Source: the human T2T-CHM13v2.0 reference genome, Homo sapiens. From it: DNA of 64,000 bases. The DNA lies in the NCBI RefSeq assembly GCF_009914755.1, contig NC_060932.1, one strand, 5' to 3'. The notes beneath the pieces were generated by a model. The model saw only the letters and a list, made by a program, of their open reading frames with translations. It did not search any database and had not been told where the DNA came from. This document shows, one piece after another, positions 15,776-30,351 of this stretch (positions are counted from its first letter, which is position 1; each line of letters begins with the position of its first letter). The position numbers and the translations under genes were made by a program.

Positions 15776-15931
15776 ACTCAAGGTTGATCTGGGATCAGCA
15801 GCATTGGCATTACCTGAGAGCTTGTTAGAAATGCAGAATACTGGGCTCTACCCTTGACCTCTTCAACCAGCGTCTGAATTTTAAAAAGATCCCCAGGTGA
15901 TTCCTATGCACATTAAATTTGGGAAGTACTG
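15776..15931. mobile_element. MER5A-like hAT MITE interrupting a MIR (~15620-16010)
   Basis: gagcttgttagaaatgcagaat...aagatccccaggtgattc motif; MIR-like halves on both sides. Confidence 0.7.
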
Positions 15932-16333
15932 GTTGTGAAGACTAAAATAAATATAAAGCCCTTAGAACAGTGGTGCCATATAGTAAGTGCTCAGTAAATG
16001 TTACCTATGATTGTCATAAAGATGCTCTCAGGTCCCATTAGTTCTCCAAGGATCCATTTTCACACAGTACATAATAAGTACTTAATAATACATATTTGTA
16101 TAATATATATTTATGTAAACATAATTATTTTTTCTTTTTATTGGTGATAAAGAGGGTTATATGGAGCTACAAGCCTTTCAGTGGTAGACCTTTTTCCAAA
16201 AGATACAGTGAAGGAGACAGATGCTGTATTGTTCATTAATGTGGACGTCTTACTCAACAGTTGACGTAAACATTCAAACAAGACAAGCAGATGAAACACC
16301 TGGTTTCTTGCTTGGTCACCAAAAGGCCATATC

Positions 16334-16649
<316 letters not shown>

Positions 16650-18328
16650 TGATATATCTTTCATTAAGAAATATTATCCATAGACTCATTAGAATGACTT
16701 CTGGTTGAGCAATACCAGATGTCCACTTTTCCCATGGTGGCGTACAGAAGTGACTTGCTTATGGAAAACAATATTTGCAAACCTTGTTCAGAGTTTTCAT
16801 TTTGGAGTATGACTCAGTTATGAAATTTCTTTGATTTTTAAAAATATAGCTTATTTTTTTAAAAATAAGCTATCATGGGAAATTTAAATTTAAAAGATTC
16901 TTGAAGATTTATGATTCTAAAGGTCAAAATACAAGTTACTATTTTTTGTTACCTCTGAGAATCCCTCATGTCTGATCTGGAAAGGTAATTTTTTTTCCTT
17001 CAAGTGATTGGTAGCTTAACTTTTTTTGATTAATTGCTGATAATACCAAACTATTAAGTACCCCCAAGCAAGTGTTACTGAGGAATCACAGAATTGTAGA
17101 AGTGACTTGGGTAGCCTCTGAAACAAACCTTCATCTGAATGCTTCAATCCTCTCTTGAAGAGTGCACCCAAGAAGTAGATGTCTAGTTCTTGCTTAGACA
17201 TCTCCCATGATAAAATAAAAATTGGGAATGAAAGCAAATTATTTCTTCATAAATGCTAGGTTTATTTTCCACAGTGTTCTTACCGCAGCAACCCAAGACA
17301 ATCAGTCTTGACAATCTGGTATCTATTTGATTAAACATAGTAAATAAAGAGTAATAAATACATTTAGCTGCAAAATGTTTATAGCTGTTTCAACACTATG
17401 AGATATGGTCCAACTATTGTTTCTGCCAGCCTTTCTGAAAGCATGTTCCATGGTATTCTGTAGGATGCTAATAGCTATTATATAGCTAAATAGTTTAATG
17501 GTCAAATAAATTTGGGAAATGCTGGTTTAAACAGAGTTTAAAGCTTTTTTTGTTTGTTTGTTTGTTTCAGGAATCTCAAAGCCTTTAATAAAATAATACA
17601 CTCCATAACTCTCAAAGAGGGACTCTAATATACAGGGTTTGTTTTTTGAGAAACTTTTTTTTAGTGAAACACACATTGTGAAAGATACATTAGGTGCACT
17701 TTGTCGTAGATGAGTTTTAAATGACAGAAGTTCCTAAAACCAGATTTAACATCTTGAACATAAACGCACATAAGGAAATGGGTTTTGGCAAGAGAAAGAC
17801 TCCATTTTGCCCTCCAGTAGCAGGCAGCCCAGATAATAGCAGCATCAAATTTCAGATTTAAAAATATTAATTTTATTGGCATATGATTAAATTATAATCT
17901 GTATTATGTTTGATTAATTCAGCAAATTTCAGTCTTCTCTTGCTGGTACTGCTAGAGAGACAGAAGTTTTAAATTAATTTTCCTTTTCTCAGACACATAA
18001 TTGCAGGCAAAAATTAGAGAAGAAAAGTAAAATTTGGAATTCTGCATAAAAGTTGAGTATTTATCATCAGCACTTTCAAGAAAGCCTTAGATGTCAGTGT
18101 AACCTGATGGAGAGGTAATGGGATTTTGAAATCTTTTCATGAACCAAGCCAACTTTTAAGTAGCCAGTCAATGAGTGATTCCTTCAGCATCCTCAGCCAT
18201 TTGTGGTCAGATTTAAGATAATTAAATTGCTCATGTTTCAAGGATGCTTTGACTCACTTTAGAGAGGCTGTAGAAAAAAATTCCAGTGTAAATAATTACC
18301 TTCGGCCTGCCCATATCTCCCCTTCACA

Positions 18329-18622
18329 TTTTTTTTTTGAGGCGGAGTCTCGGTCTGTCACCCAGGCTGGAGTGCAGTGGCGCAATATCGGCTCAACTGC
18401 AACCTCTGCCTCCTGGGTTCAAACGATTGTCCTGCCGCAGCCTCCTGAGTAGCTGGGACTACAGACAAACACCACCACGGCTGGTTAATTTTGTGTGTTT
18501 TTAGTAGAGACGGGGTTTCACCACATTGGCCAGGCTGGTTTCAAACCCCTGACCTGAGGTGATCTGCCTGCCTCGGCCTCCTAAAGTGCAAGGATTACAG
18601 GCGTGAGCCTCCTCACCTGGCC
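18329..18622 (-). mobile_element. AluS
   Basis: TSD CCCCTTCAC. Confidence 0.92.
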
Positions 18623-19083
18623 TCCCCCTTCACTTTTAAGTGGAATTCTTTCCTTGAAGAGTATATCTGATGTTGAGGGCTTGCTGTCCTGTAATCTTGT
18701 ACTATGGCTTTTCCTGCTATATAAAAGCAGTAGTGTGTTATGATGAAATATTTTTGTGAATTTGGTTTTCTCTAATTTCGACAATTGTTAGTTATCTAAT
18801 GTAAAAAGGGTACAGCTAAAAAGGAAGATGGAAACTATTTTATAATTAGGTGCAATACACATATATACCATTGTATGTATTTTTAAATGTCTTCACCTCT
18901 TGATGTATGTAAAAAAATCATGATGTACACTCTAAATATATACACTTTAAAATATATACAATAAAACACATTTCAAAAAATGCCTTTACTGTTTAACACC
19001 ATAATTGCTAACTAATAAAGTTTCTTAATGTACACAGTGGACCTTATTTCTTAGAACTGATTTATTTTTCTCTTTTATTATAG

Positions 19084-19227
19084 GTGGAAAAACTAACCAG
19101 CTGAATCTGCAGAACACTGCAACTAAAGCAATTATTCAAGGCCTTATGCCAGACCAGAATTACACAGTTCAAATTATTGCATACAATAAAGATAAAGAAA
19201 GCAAGCCAGCTCAAGGCCAATTCAGAA
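19084..19227 (+). CDS. COL14A1: Exon 4: FN3-1 second half ([10 protein letters not shown]...[29 protein letters not shown]), 144 nt
   Basis: tatag| acceptor, GAA|gtacgt donor, FN3 GLxPxxxY motif. Confidence 0.96.
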
Positions 19228-20139
19228 GTACGTATTTACAGTTCTCAAAGCACCTCCGCAGGACTCTGTCCCAGCCTTGGATTTGAGTCTGTGATATATA
19301 TTCTACAACTTAAAATTCTAGATTTTTCAGATTTATAGAGATCCTAGAAGACCTTCAGTCTTACCTTCAACGAATTCCTCTGATCTCTAATACTTTGCTA
19401 CCCTTCCCTTTCCCCCATTTTGCTATATTCTTACTTATCCTTTATGCTTTAGTTTCCAATGAACTTCTTAACATTGGCTCCTGAACCTTACCCAGACATC
19501 TCTCCTATGTGATTTCTTAGCATCTAGAGCTTCCCTTCTGGTACTATAACACCATATTGTAATTGCTTATTTACTTCTCTGTGACCCCTAGAAGCCTGCA
19601 AGTTTTGCAAAGACTGTAACTCAATGATTTTTATTTCTCATTGTATCACAGTTGCATATTACAGGCCTGGCATATAATGGGCGCTCCATGAATATGAATG
19701 TCTGAATGGATAATGCCTGCATCTCCTCTGTAGGATCCCCAGAAGGCGCCAGTCCAGGCTCTACTAAAACAGCCTATGCAACAGGGAATTTAATTCTTTC
19801 CAATTGTTAATCAGTTGACACAGGGACTGTTCTATGCCAGTCTCCATGATAAGCTGATTTGTCAACAAATACAATGTGATAAGTATTGGAGAGAGTACAT
19901 ATAGGACTCTGTGAAGAGAGGTACTCTCTCTGCCCGAGTAATGGGCTGTGGAGAGGATAGGCATGGGAAAGCTTCATGTTTGAGCCAGTTCTCAAATAGT
20001 AAATTGGGCATTTGGAGAAAGGATAGGGTGTGCAGAGGACATTCTAAGAGGGAGTGAAAGCTCTGCGATGGTCCAATCAATGTCCACACAGTTCCTTAGG
20101 AAGCATTTCCTTAGATTGAGTTTAAAAATGGTCCACACA

Positions 20140-20479
<340 letters not shown>

Positions 20480-21115
20480 TCAGGAGACATTCATTCATTC
20501 TTTTTTTTTTCTGTTGAACAAATGTACGCCACATGCCTACTAAGTGCCAGACTGTTTTCTAGGCACTTGGGCACATGACAAATCCCTGCCCCTATGAATC
20601 TTATAGTCTAGTGACCAGAGACTACAGCAACATCCTCTTCCTGAAAGCAGTGTTTCAAATGTGAAGGATAAAAATTTTGTATTGTGAATGCAAACAGAAG
20701 AGACCTAGCCTAGTTAACTTTCTGTTACTTCATTGCTAAAACAGACTCTTTTAAAAAACCCAATTTATTATTAAGGACAATTTAAAGCATAATAAAAAAT
20801 CATCAGAATAGTATAATGAACCCCTAAGTAGCCATCATCTGGCTTCAGCAATTAGCTGCTCAGAGCCAGTCTTATATCTTCTATCTTTCAAACCCTTTGC
20901 CTTATTATTTTTTGAGGAAATCACAGACATCATTTCAAGTAGATTTTTTTCTAAATTTTAAACAATAGCTTTTAAAATCCTACCATAAGATGAATCCATA
21001 AATCTGTGAGGTGGTGGGTATGGAACTTTTTGTGCAGCAATGTTCTATCTAGATTTTTTACACCCCTTCCCTCCCTTTTTTCTCTTCCTCTTGTTGGTAA
21101 TATTTTGTGAGACTT

Positions 21116-21195
21116 ATAGGCTGGTGCAAAAGTAATTGCAGTTTTTGCAATTACTTTAAATTGGAAAAATCGCAATTACTTTTGCACCAACCCAA
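21116..21195. mobile_element. MADE1 (Hsmar1-derived mariner MITE), 80 bp
   Basis: TIRs tggtgcaaaagtaattgc / gcaattacttttgcacca. Confidence 0.9.
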
Positions 21196-22394
21196 TATTT
21201 TGTGAATATTTTAAAAATTTAAAAGAAAACACAACTTGGTTAAGTTACCTCTTGAAACTTCTGAACAAAGACATTTGGCAAATTCACCTGTCAGCAGGAC
21301 ATACACATGTTGTAAATGTTACATTCTTTTGAGATTCACTTTGTCTGGGAGCTTTGGAAAAGGTTTTTATGTTAATTTTGGTTTAAATCAGCCTTCTGTC
21401 TCATTTTACTGGCACTGCACTTTAGTTTCTGGCCTCCAACATTCCTGCATGAGTTGCTGAAATAACTTCACTTACAGTTTGTGAGAAGCAGTAAAAGGGA
21501 TAAGGAGAAAAGATTCATCTTTCTCTAGTCTGAGGTTTTGCAATTGATTATTTCAAACATTCCACTGATTGAACAGGGGAAGAAACACAGAGAGTCATAT
21601 AAATCTTCCCAGGCTACTTCTTCAAAACACATAAAAGGAAATTCATTTGTTTCCATCTTGCTTAACTCTGCTAAGATAGCTGTAGAGAAACAATATAACT
21701 TTTAGCCAGATAAATAATATGCAAGCGTGTATGTTTTTAGCTGTGTTATTTTTATTGGCAGGATAGAGGGATTTGTTCTGCCCAAATAGCAGTTTGTAAG
21801 AATAAAATGAAAATTGCTTGGATAGCTTTCTTTTCCCTTTTGCATTTCATTTATATTCTTGCTCTCTGTGAGACAGAGCTAAAGCCTAGTCTCCTCTTCC
21901 TAGAAAACTTTCGTGGTTGGATCCAGGAAAGTGGTGATCAAGGTAAAGCCTTGTGGCTATAGGTTTGCATTTAGTGCAGGGATTTGCATTCTTTATGAGT
22001 TCATATTTTGATACACAGTAAAACATAAGAAATGATGTTTGAATTTTTAAGACAGAAAGGAATATCTGATCTAATAGGTATTATGATTCCAAATTTGCCA
22101 CAAGCAGCTCAACCACTTCCAGCCTCAGTTTCTTCACCTGCAAATGAGGGTGATGATATGCCTATTACTGTGCAGATGAGCTTACTTCACCACGTAGTAC
22201 AGCATGGTAGCTATTGTTGTCGTAAGAAATACCATTTTGCTTGTAACAATCTATTTTCCAACTGATTTTGCCCCTACATGAGGAAGACATATATATCTTA
22301 TATGTGACATAGTGGATCAGCTTCCATAATGTCTGTTATTTTTTCTTGTTTATTTATAGACTGCTTTTATAGCTCTGTGTTTTAATTTAGGACC

Positions 22395-22760
22395 TTTAAA
22401 TATGGAGGGCACCTCTTCAACGATTAGGAGAGACACAAGATGGAAATAAAGGTTTTATTACTTACAGGTCCTGGGAGTTACATGGTATGCCTGGAGGCCA
22501 CACCCATGGAGGTCAGGGAGCACATGAAGTAGGGGCACCCATAAGCCAAGGTCTTTAATGGGGTCCAGGGCATTATCCCTGGGTTTCTCTGAGGAGAGTT
22601 TTAATTGGGGGATTTGAAGTAAGCAGGCATGAGTTCCAGGAGGTCACACTGTGACTGAGAGGTGGTCATTGTGGCATATCTGCATAGTCCCTGCAGAGAA
22701 TGAGGGTCAGTGGGGCCAGTCAGGTGGGCTGTGTGCAGCTCTCCCATAGAGAAGTAGAAG
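22395..22760. mobile_element. Probable ERV LTR fragment, family uncertain
   Basis: GC-richer block with tttattacttacaggtcctggg; recognition weak. Confidence 0.4.
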
Positions 22761-23531
22761 GTAGAAATAGATCTAGGAGAGAATAATGAATAATAAGAGT
22801 AACTCCCGAGTAGAGACTGGCAGAAACTCCTCTGGAAAGGTGACATTTGAACTAGACTTTGAAAGATGGGCAGGGAGCAGTTGTTTAAGGCAGATATCTG
22901 GATTAACCACATTTAGGAACTAGTGCTTTAGGGTATGTTGTAGGACTGGAAACTGTGTCAAGGGTGACTGAGCCTGTTTCTAGTATGAGTAAGTCCAACT
23001 TATATTTAAAATGGATGCTGAGGCAACATAAAATTTATAAGAATTCACCACATTCTATGTTGGAAAATTTTTTCTCTTTTAAATGTGTCTTGTCAATCTT
23101 TGCCTGCAAATTCCTGCCTTTCTTTGGAAGTCTGACTCAAAACGGAAGTTTCTCTAAGTCTCTACCTCTGAATTTATTACTAGTCTTTCCCAGAGCTATT
23201 TCTACCTCCAGCATCACTCAGCACAATCTTTCTCATATTAAAGTGGCAGACATATTTTGTTTTAGAAAATGCAAGTAATTTGGGGTGACAGCCCATGTGT
23301 GGGTGGGGTTGAAGATACAGATTTGGAAATTATCTATGAAAAGATGAGAATTTTAATTGTGAGATGGTAAAATTACAGGAGGGTGTAGAGAGACACAAGG
23401 CAACCTTAGTATATGATTGTGTTTCGTGAATAGTAATAGAGAAAGAGCCCAAAGAATGCGAATGAAACGGAGTGGTCAAAAGGAGAAAACCAGGATAAAG
23501 CCATTCTAACAACTGAGAAAGAAAAGAATTT

Positions 23532-23533
<2 letters not shown>

Positions 23534-23580
<47 letters not shown>
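23534..23580. repeat. (GT)23 microsatellite
   Basis: Read directly. Confidence 0.97.
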
Positions 23581-23581
<1 letters not shown>

Positions 23582-24818
23582 TGGTGATGATGGTGGTGGT
23601 GGGGGTGCTCCAAAGTGCCAATGCTTATCAAGAAGTCGGTGAATGAGGTTTTAAAAAATTGTTATAAAAATTTATACATATCAGGATCAAGGTATCTTAC
23701 ATTTTTATTTTTAAAATCTTTTAAAATTTTGTTTTATATCCTGGAATTTAATCTCTGGGTAGCAGAAAGCCAAGGAAGGTTTCTAAGAAAAGGAATAATA
23801 GAATTGGAGTGACATGACCTTGGCAAATGACAGATCTCAAACCATTTCAGCAAAGGGATGGAAGACAGTGGAAAGAAAGGGGAGGAGGATGTGATAAAGA
23901 CAGGATGAATGGAACAATATCCTGGAGAAGGCAGCAAGGGTGGTTCAGAGGAAATCATTGTTTCCCCTATGTAGCTTACCCTTTAATACATTTGCTGATT
24001 TCCATGAAATGAATGTAGCAATTAATTGAAATACCTTGGCTCACTTCTGCATTTTCACAGGGTGTTTTATTTGTGCAGAGACCACTGACATTTGGCAGGC
24101 TCTTGACTGCTTCAAACAGCCTGAGGTGCTATTTGGCAGAAAAGCAGCTGTGCAGTTTTAAGGAGAGAATGCAGTGGAAAGTTAAGCTAATGGTGTAGGT
24201 TGATATGAATTTATTAAAAGGCCAAGGGGCATTTTTTGGTCCTTGAACATTTTCTAATTAAAGCCATAAAAAACTACCATGTATTAATAGAGACCTTTTT
24301 TTAAGTTTGAAAAGGAATTATTATAAGGCTCTTCATCTTCTTGTTTTGCTGTTGGAGCAATTCCAAATGAGGCTATTCATGGTTAAGATCTTTCTAGAAT
24401 GGGGACCAAGCTCATAGGCTAAGTCCAGAGACTTGAAGATCTGGCTTTAACCCCATGCCAGCACTTAACTGGTTTTATGAGATAGGTGTTAGCTTTCTGG
24501 TTCTTCATTCCCTCATGTATAAGCTAGGGATAATTATGCTGATTTTACAGCAGTTATGAAGGATTAAATATATGTGACACATCTGCCCATAGTGCATACT
24601 CAGCCAAAGTAATTCCTTAAGTGTTTCTGTGTCTTTTCATGTCAAAGTTGAGAAAAAACAAAACAAAACAGCAGTTCTAATATTTGGGGATGAGTTTGTA
24701 CCACGGAGCTCATTTCTATAGATACTTTTAGGGCTTTCAAGGGTTTTAGTAAAACTCACTGAATATTTTCTTTTAGATTTTAGTATAACATGGTGCTGTA
24801 TCTCTACTTTTCTTCCAG

Positions 24819-24905
24819 TTAAAGATTTAGAAAAAAGAAAGGATCCAAAGCCCAGAGTCAAAGTTGTGGACAGAGGAAATGGGAGTAGACCATCTTCACC
24901 AGAAG
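24819..24905 (+). CDS. COL14A1: Exon 5: basic linker (IKDLEKRKDPKPRVKVVDRGNGSRPSSPE), 87 nt
   Basis: ttccag| acceptor, AAG|gtcaga donor, frame continuous with exons 4 and 6. Confidence 0.93.
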
Positions 24906-25524
24906 GTCAGAGACGATTTTAATTAACTCATATTGGGAGTTGGGTTGTTTTAATTACACAGGCAATACTCACATGTGGGGTTGCTGGTCCCATCTAAGAA
25001 GGGCAGGTCTAATACGAAGATCGCCTGTGGCCTCTTTGTACTCTTCCTTCCTTTCCCACACAAGATGACCCCCAACCACTTGGCACGTGACCTTTCAGGC
25101 ACCTTTCTCAGAATGGTGCATATATGTACAGCCTGTCATATTTCTTGTTCTGTGCATACCTTTTCACTTGGAAACCTTTACATGCCAATTCATATAGGAG
25201 GCAGGATCACCCAGTGTAAATTGCATGGGCTCTCCCACTTGCCTGCCTAAATTCAAAGCCTGCCTTTACCACTTTGAGTGATCTTATACTAGTTATCCGA
25301 ATGTCTATGTCTCTATTTCCTTATCTGCAAAATGTGGAGAATGGGATTCAGATCACAGAGTTCTTTGGGATAAAATGCGTTGATATGTGTAAAATACTTA
25401 GAACTTTGCCTGCCATTGAATAATGTTAGGTATTATTGTTAGTCTACCTCATTCTTTTTAATAGCCAGATAGTGTTCTATGGGATAGACTATTATAATTT
25501 ATTGATTAGTCCCCCCAACCCCGT

Positions 25525-25813
25525 TTTTTTTGAGGCAGGATCTCACTCTGTCACCCAGGCTAGAATTTAGTGTCACAATCTCGGCTCACTGCAACCTCCG
25601 CCTCCTGGGTTCAAACGATTCTCCTCCCTCAGCCTCCTGAGTAGCTGGGATTACAGGTGCGTGCCACCATGCCCAGCTAATTTTTGTATTTTTAGTAGAG
25701 ACAGGGTTTTGCCATGTTGTCCAGGCTGGTCTCGAACTCCTGACCTCAGGTGATCCACCTTCCTCTACCTCCCAAGGTGCTGGGATTACAGGCGTGAGCC
25801 ACTGCACCCTGCC
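25525..25813 (-). mobile_element. AluS
   Basis: Alu reverse complement. Confidence 0.92.
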
Positions 25814-28803
25814 GATTATTCCCCTTTTGATGGGCATTTAATGTTGTCTAATTTTCACTATCACAAACATGCTGTAACAACGTATTTCTAACTGTGGAAC
25901 TGCAAGGTTAAAGGATAAGCAAATTTTAGATTGCCAAATTGATAGATGGCAGGCTCTATCAATATCGACTTAAATTTTTTTCAGTAATTTGTACTTCTGT
26001 TAACGATATGTAACAGGAATTATTTCATATGTTCTTTTCAACATTTGAAATCCTTAATATTGAAAAAATTCTCCAATTATATATCATTTGTTTAATTTAC
26101 ATCTTTTTGATTACTAGTGAGGTTGAACATTTTTTCATATCTTTAGTAGTCATTTGTAATTTTTCCTGTTTATTTTTGTTTTGTGTTGTCTTTATTTCTT
26201 TAATGAACACATAAAAACTTTCTAAATATTTTGAGTATGAAACCCTTTTCTACATATTGTTGTATTTTTGCAAATATTTTCTCCTGGTGTATAATTTGCC
26301 TTGCAACTTTATTCATCTTTTTGATAATTTTTAATACAATTAAAAAATTCTTGAAAAATGTTTTACTCTGAATTTTGATGCATTTCTTGGTTTTCTAATA
26401 TTTTAATATGAAACATTTTCATACTTTTCTTCTAATGATGTATAGGTTTATATTTATATTTATTACAACTTATTAAATATGTTAGATATAAAATGTATAA
26501 AAATAATGTCATAGACATGTTTGTCCAGATTAAGAAAATAAACCTATTACCATACAGTTAAAACTCATTGCTTATTCCTATAAATTCCCCTTCCTGTCTT
26601 GTAGGAGGCTGCCACTAAGCTGAAGTCAGTTTTTATCATTCCAATATGTCTTTATCATTTTACTTCATATATATTTGCCAGCTTAAAACATATTTAATTA
26701 TACAAAGTTCAAATTTTATATATCTTTGCTTATGTCTCCTTCTGTACAAGTCGTAGAATTTTTCTAGAGCATATACCTTGGAGTCAAGTTATTTAGTTGC
26801 TGCATGTGTATATTTTTATAGCTCCTCTTGATATCTTTTTGTGTTTTTATATCTAATACTTACTTCATTGTATTTTCTTTTTTCTAACATCCAGAGTTGA
26901 GTGTTTATCCCTTAATTTTTAATTTTTCTTTTCTATTATATGCATTTTAAAATATCCAAGTACTGCTTGAGCTGTCTCACATAGATTTTGATATGTAGTA
27001 TTGTTATGCTGTAGTTCATACTATTTTCTACATTTCACTAGGTTTTCTTCCTTGATCCATGAGTTACTTAGAAATATGCTATTAATTTCTAAACATCTGG
27101 AGATTTTAGAAGAAGATATTTATTTATTATTGATGTCTAATTATTGCATTGTGGGTAGAGAATGGGGTCTGTAGGAATATTCTTTGAAATTTGTTGAGGT
27201 ATTTTATTACTTAAATGTGGTCAGTTTTTAAAACCATTCCATGTGTCCTTGAGAAAAATGTGCATTTTAATTTCCCTCGATGGTATTAGTCCATTTCTAT
27301 TTGTAACTCTGGCAATTTTGTTTTAAATACCTAAAGGCTAGATACATAAAAATAAGAATTATTGTATTTTTCTAGTCAATTTTTCTTTTTGATATTTTGT
27401 AATGATTCTTTTTATTCTTAGTAATTCAATATTCACCTCAAGGACTATTTTATCTAATATTAATATAGCTATACCACCTTTATTTTATTTAGTACTCACA
27501 TAATGCATTGATTCTCTATTCTTTAACTTTCACTCTCTTTGTGTCTCAAGTTCAAGGTGAGTAATTTGTAAAGAAGATTTATTTGCATTAAAAAAATTCT
27601 CTTACAGTCATTGTGTTTTACTTGATAGCTTTGGTTTACTTAAATGTGTTGATGTTACTGATAATTTTGGACTTACTATTTATTTTGTGCTATTACCCTA
27701 CATTTTTCTTATCTTTTTTCCCCCTTTACACCTTACTTAAAATTGACCAAGTTTCTTTTTTCTTTAAATCCATTTTAGCACTTACTGACCTGGAAAAGCT
27801 AACATAGTCTAATACTAATCAATATCTTTACTATTTCCCTATAATACAGAATATAGAATTTAATAATGCTTTAAATTCAATGATTAATGTCCCATCTTAC
27901 ACATCATTCTTGACAAATACATTAACTTATTTTTTGCCTCACAAATATATTATTGAATATATTTATTATAGATATTCTTTAACAATCAGTGTTTGTCCAG
28001 ATTTGCCCACGAAGTTATTTTGCTCACCATTTCATCTTGCATCTCAGACCTTCTCTGTGTATCCACTTCCCTTCACAGAAGATCTGTGGTGGTAAACTTA
28101 TCTTTATTCATGCAAAAATATCTTTACTCTGCAGTCACTATTGAGAGATTAGCTGGGTACCAGATTAAGAGTTGTCTCTAATCATTTCAAAGACATTTTA
28201 CTACCTTCTGGCTCCTGTTGCTTTGTTGACATGTGTGTTTTCAGTCTAAAGGTTGTTCCTTGGTAGGTGACCTCTCTTTTCTCTCTGGTTGCGTTTCAGG
28301 CTTGCTGTCTTTTATCTTTGGGGTTCTGCTGCTTCACTGTCATCAGCCCAGATGTAGATTTCTTTGTGCTTCCAGATTTCAGATTTATATCTTTCACCAG
28401 GATTAGAAAATTCTTAACCTTTAACTCTTTAAATATTATTTTTCTCAGCAACTTATATTCATATTCTTTATCTCAATTAGATTTATGACAGTTTCTTTTG
28501 ACAATCTATGTCTTTTAATAGTAATATTTTGTACCTCTCTGATTTTACAAATAATATTTTGGGTTCCTTATATCTGTCTTTTAGGACACTAGATCTCTTC
28601 CCCTTTCTAATCTAGCCTGTTCTTTTCAATGGGGAAATCTTTTAGTCCTAGAAATTACATTTGCTTCTTTTTCAAGGTTGCTAGAATTTTTTATGGTGCT
28701 TGGTTCCTTTTTAACTTTTTAATCATTTTGATATTTTAATCATGATCATTTTATATTCTGAATTCAATAATTCTATTATTAAAGTATTTTAGGGTTAAAT
28801 TCT

Positions 28804-29222
<419 letters not shown>

Positions 29223-30219
29223 TAAGGGTGTGCTCCTTCAGAAGGGCACATTTTGGTTGCTACTAACCTGGAAATCCTCTATGTTAATTTCTTGTCTTAA
29301 GATACTCAGGGCTTGGTTACAAATTCACAGGACAGACAGTTTTCCCCCCACACAGAGCTTAGGCCAATGTACAACTTTCCTTGTCATCTCCCTTGCTAGA
29401 AAGCAGTTATTTTTCTAGTCCAGCAATTTGTAAGGATATAGCCCTGTGAGGGTGCCTCCCTTACATAAGAACTATCAAATACAACTTCCCACCTTGAATG
29501 CATTAAGGTCTTGTCTCCCGTTCCAGCATGACTATTACAGCTTAATGTCTTGATTGATAAATTTCTGGTTAAGGTGAAATCTACCAGATATATATTTTCC
29601 CTTGCAGTAAGTAAGTAGCTTATGATGAGATATTTTGAGACATGTAAATATTCTGTTTCTTATTAAAATTTCACCTACTTGTTTTAGTGTCTACTGATTC
29701 TTGCCTGAGTCAGTAACTATTATGATGTTTCTCAAATGGTAATTTTTCTAACTCCATTTTTCATTCTACATTTATTATTTGGCATTCTACTGTAAAGAAG
29801 CTTTCTCCCTTCTCCCACATTTGTTTTTCTTTTCATATGAGTATGGACTGGTGGATTCTTAGTTTATTTGAGTGGATTATAATCCATTACTATCATTATT
29901 TATTATGATGCTCAAATTGTTCCAGATTTGCTAGGCGGGAACTATTTCATGCTGTCTCTTATGTCTTTTAAATATGTTCCCATCATCCCTTAAGTTATTT
30001 CTTACTTTCTGGCACAAACTTTACATTCTGAGCGCTTGTATTTTTTCTACCTGGCCCTAAAATGAACCATTTCTTCCAGGAGTCCTGGCTTCTTTTTGTG
30101 GAGAATAGTATTTTGAAACCAAAATATGGGTACTAGCTGTGCCTATTGCTTCTGGAGTGTCATACCATTATCTCTCTGTCTGTCTCTCATTCTCTCATTC
30201 TCTTGCTCTCTAGCAATCA

Positions 30220-30306
30220 ATCATCTATCTATCTATCTATCTATCATTTATCATCTATCAATCATCTGTTATCTATCATCCATCTATCATCTTTGTATTA
30301 TCTGTC

Positions 30307-30350
<44 letters not shown>
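30220..30350. repeat. Compound (TCTA)n tetranucleotide STR, pure (TCTA)11 at 30307-30350
   Basis: Read directly. Confidence 0.93.

Positions 30351-30351
<1 letters not shown>

Noticed and set aside
22601-23278. 103 and 107 aa ORFs in intron 4
   Set aside because: No recognisable domain or splice context; lengths are within chance expectation
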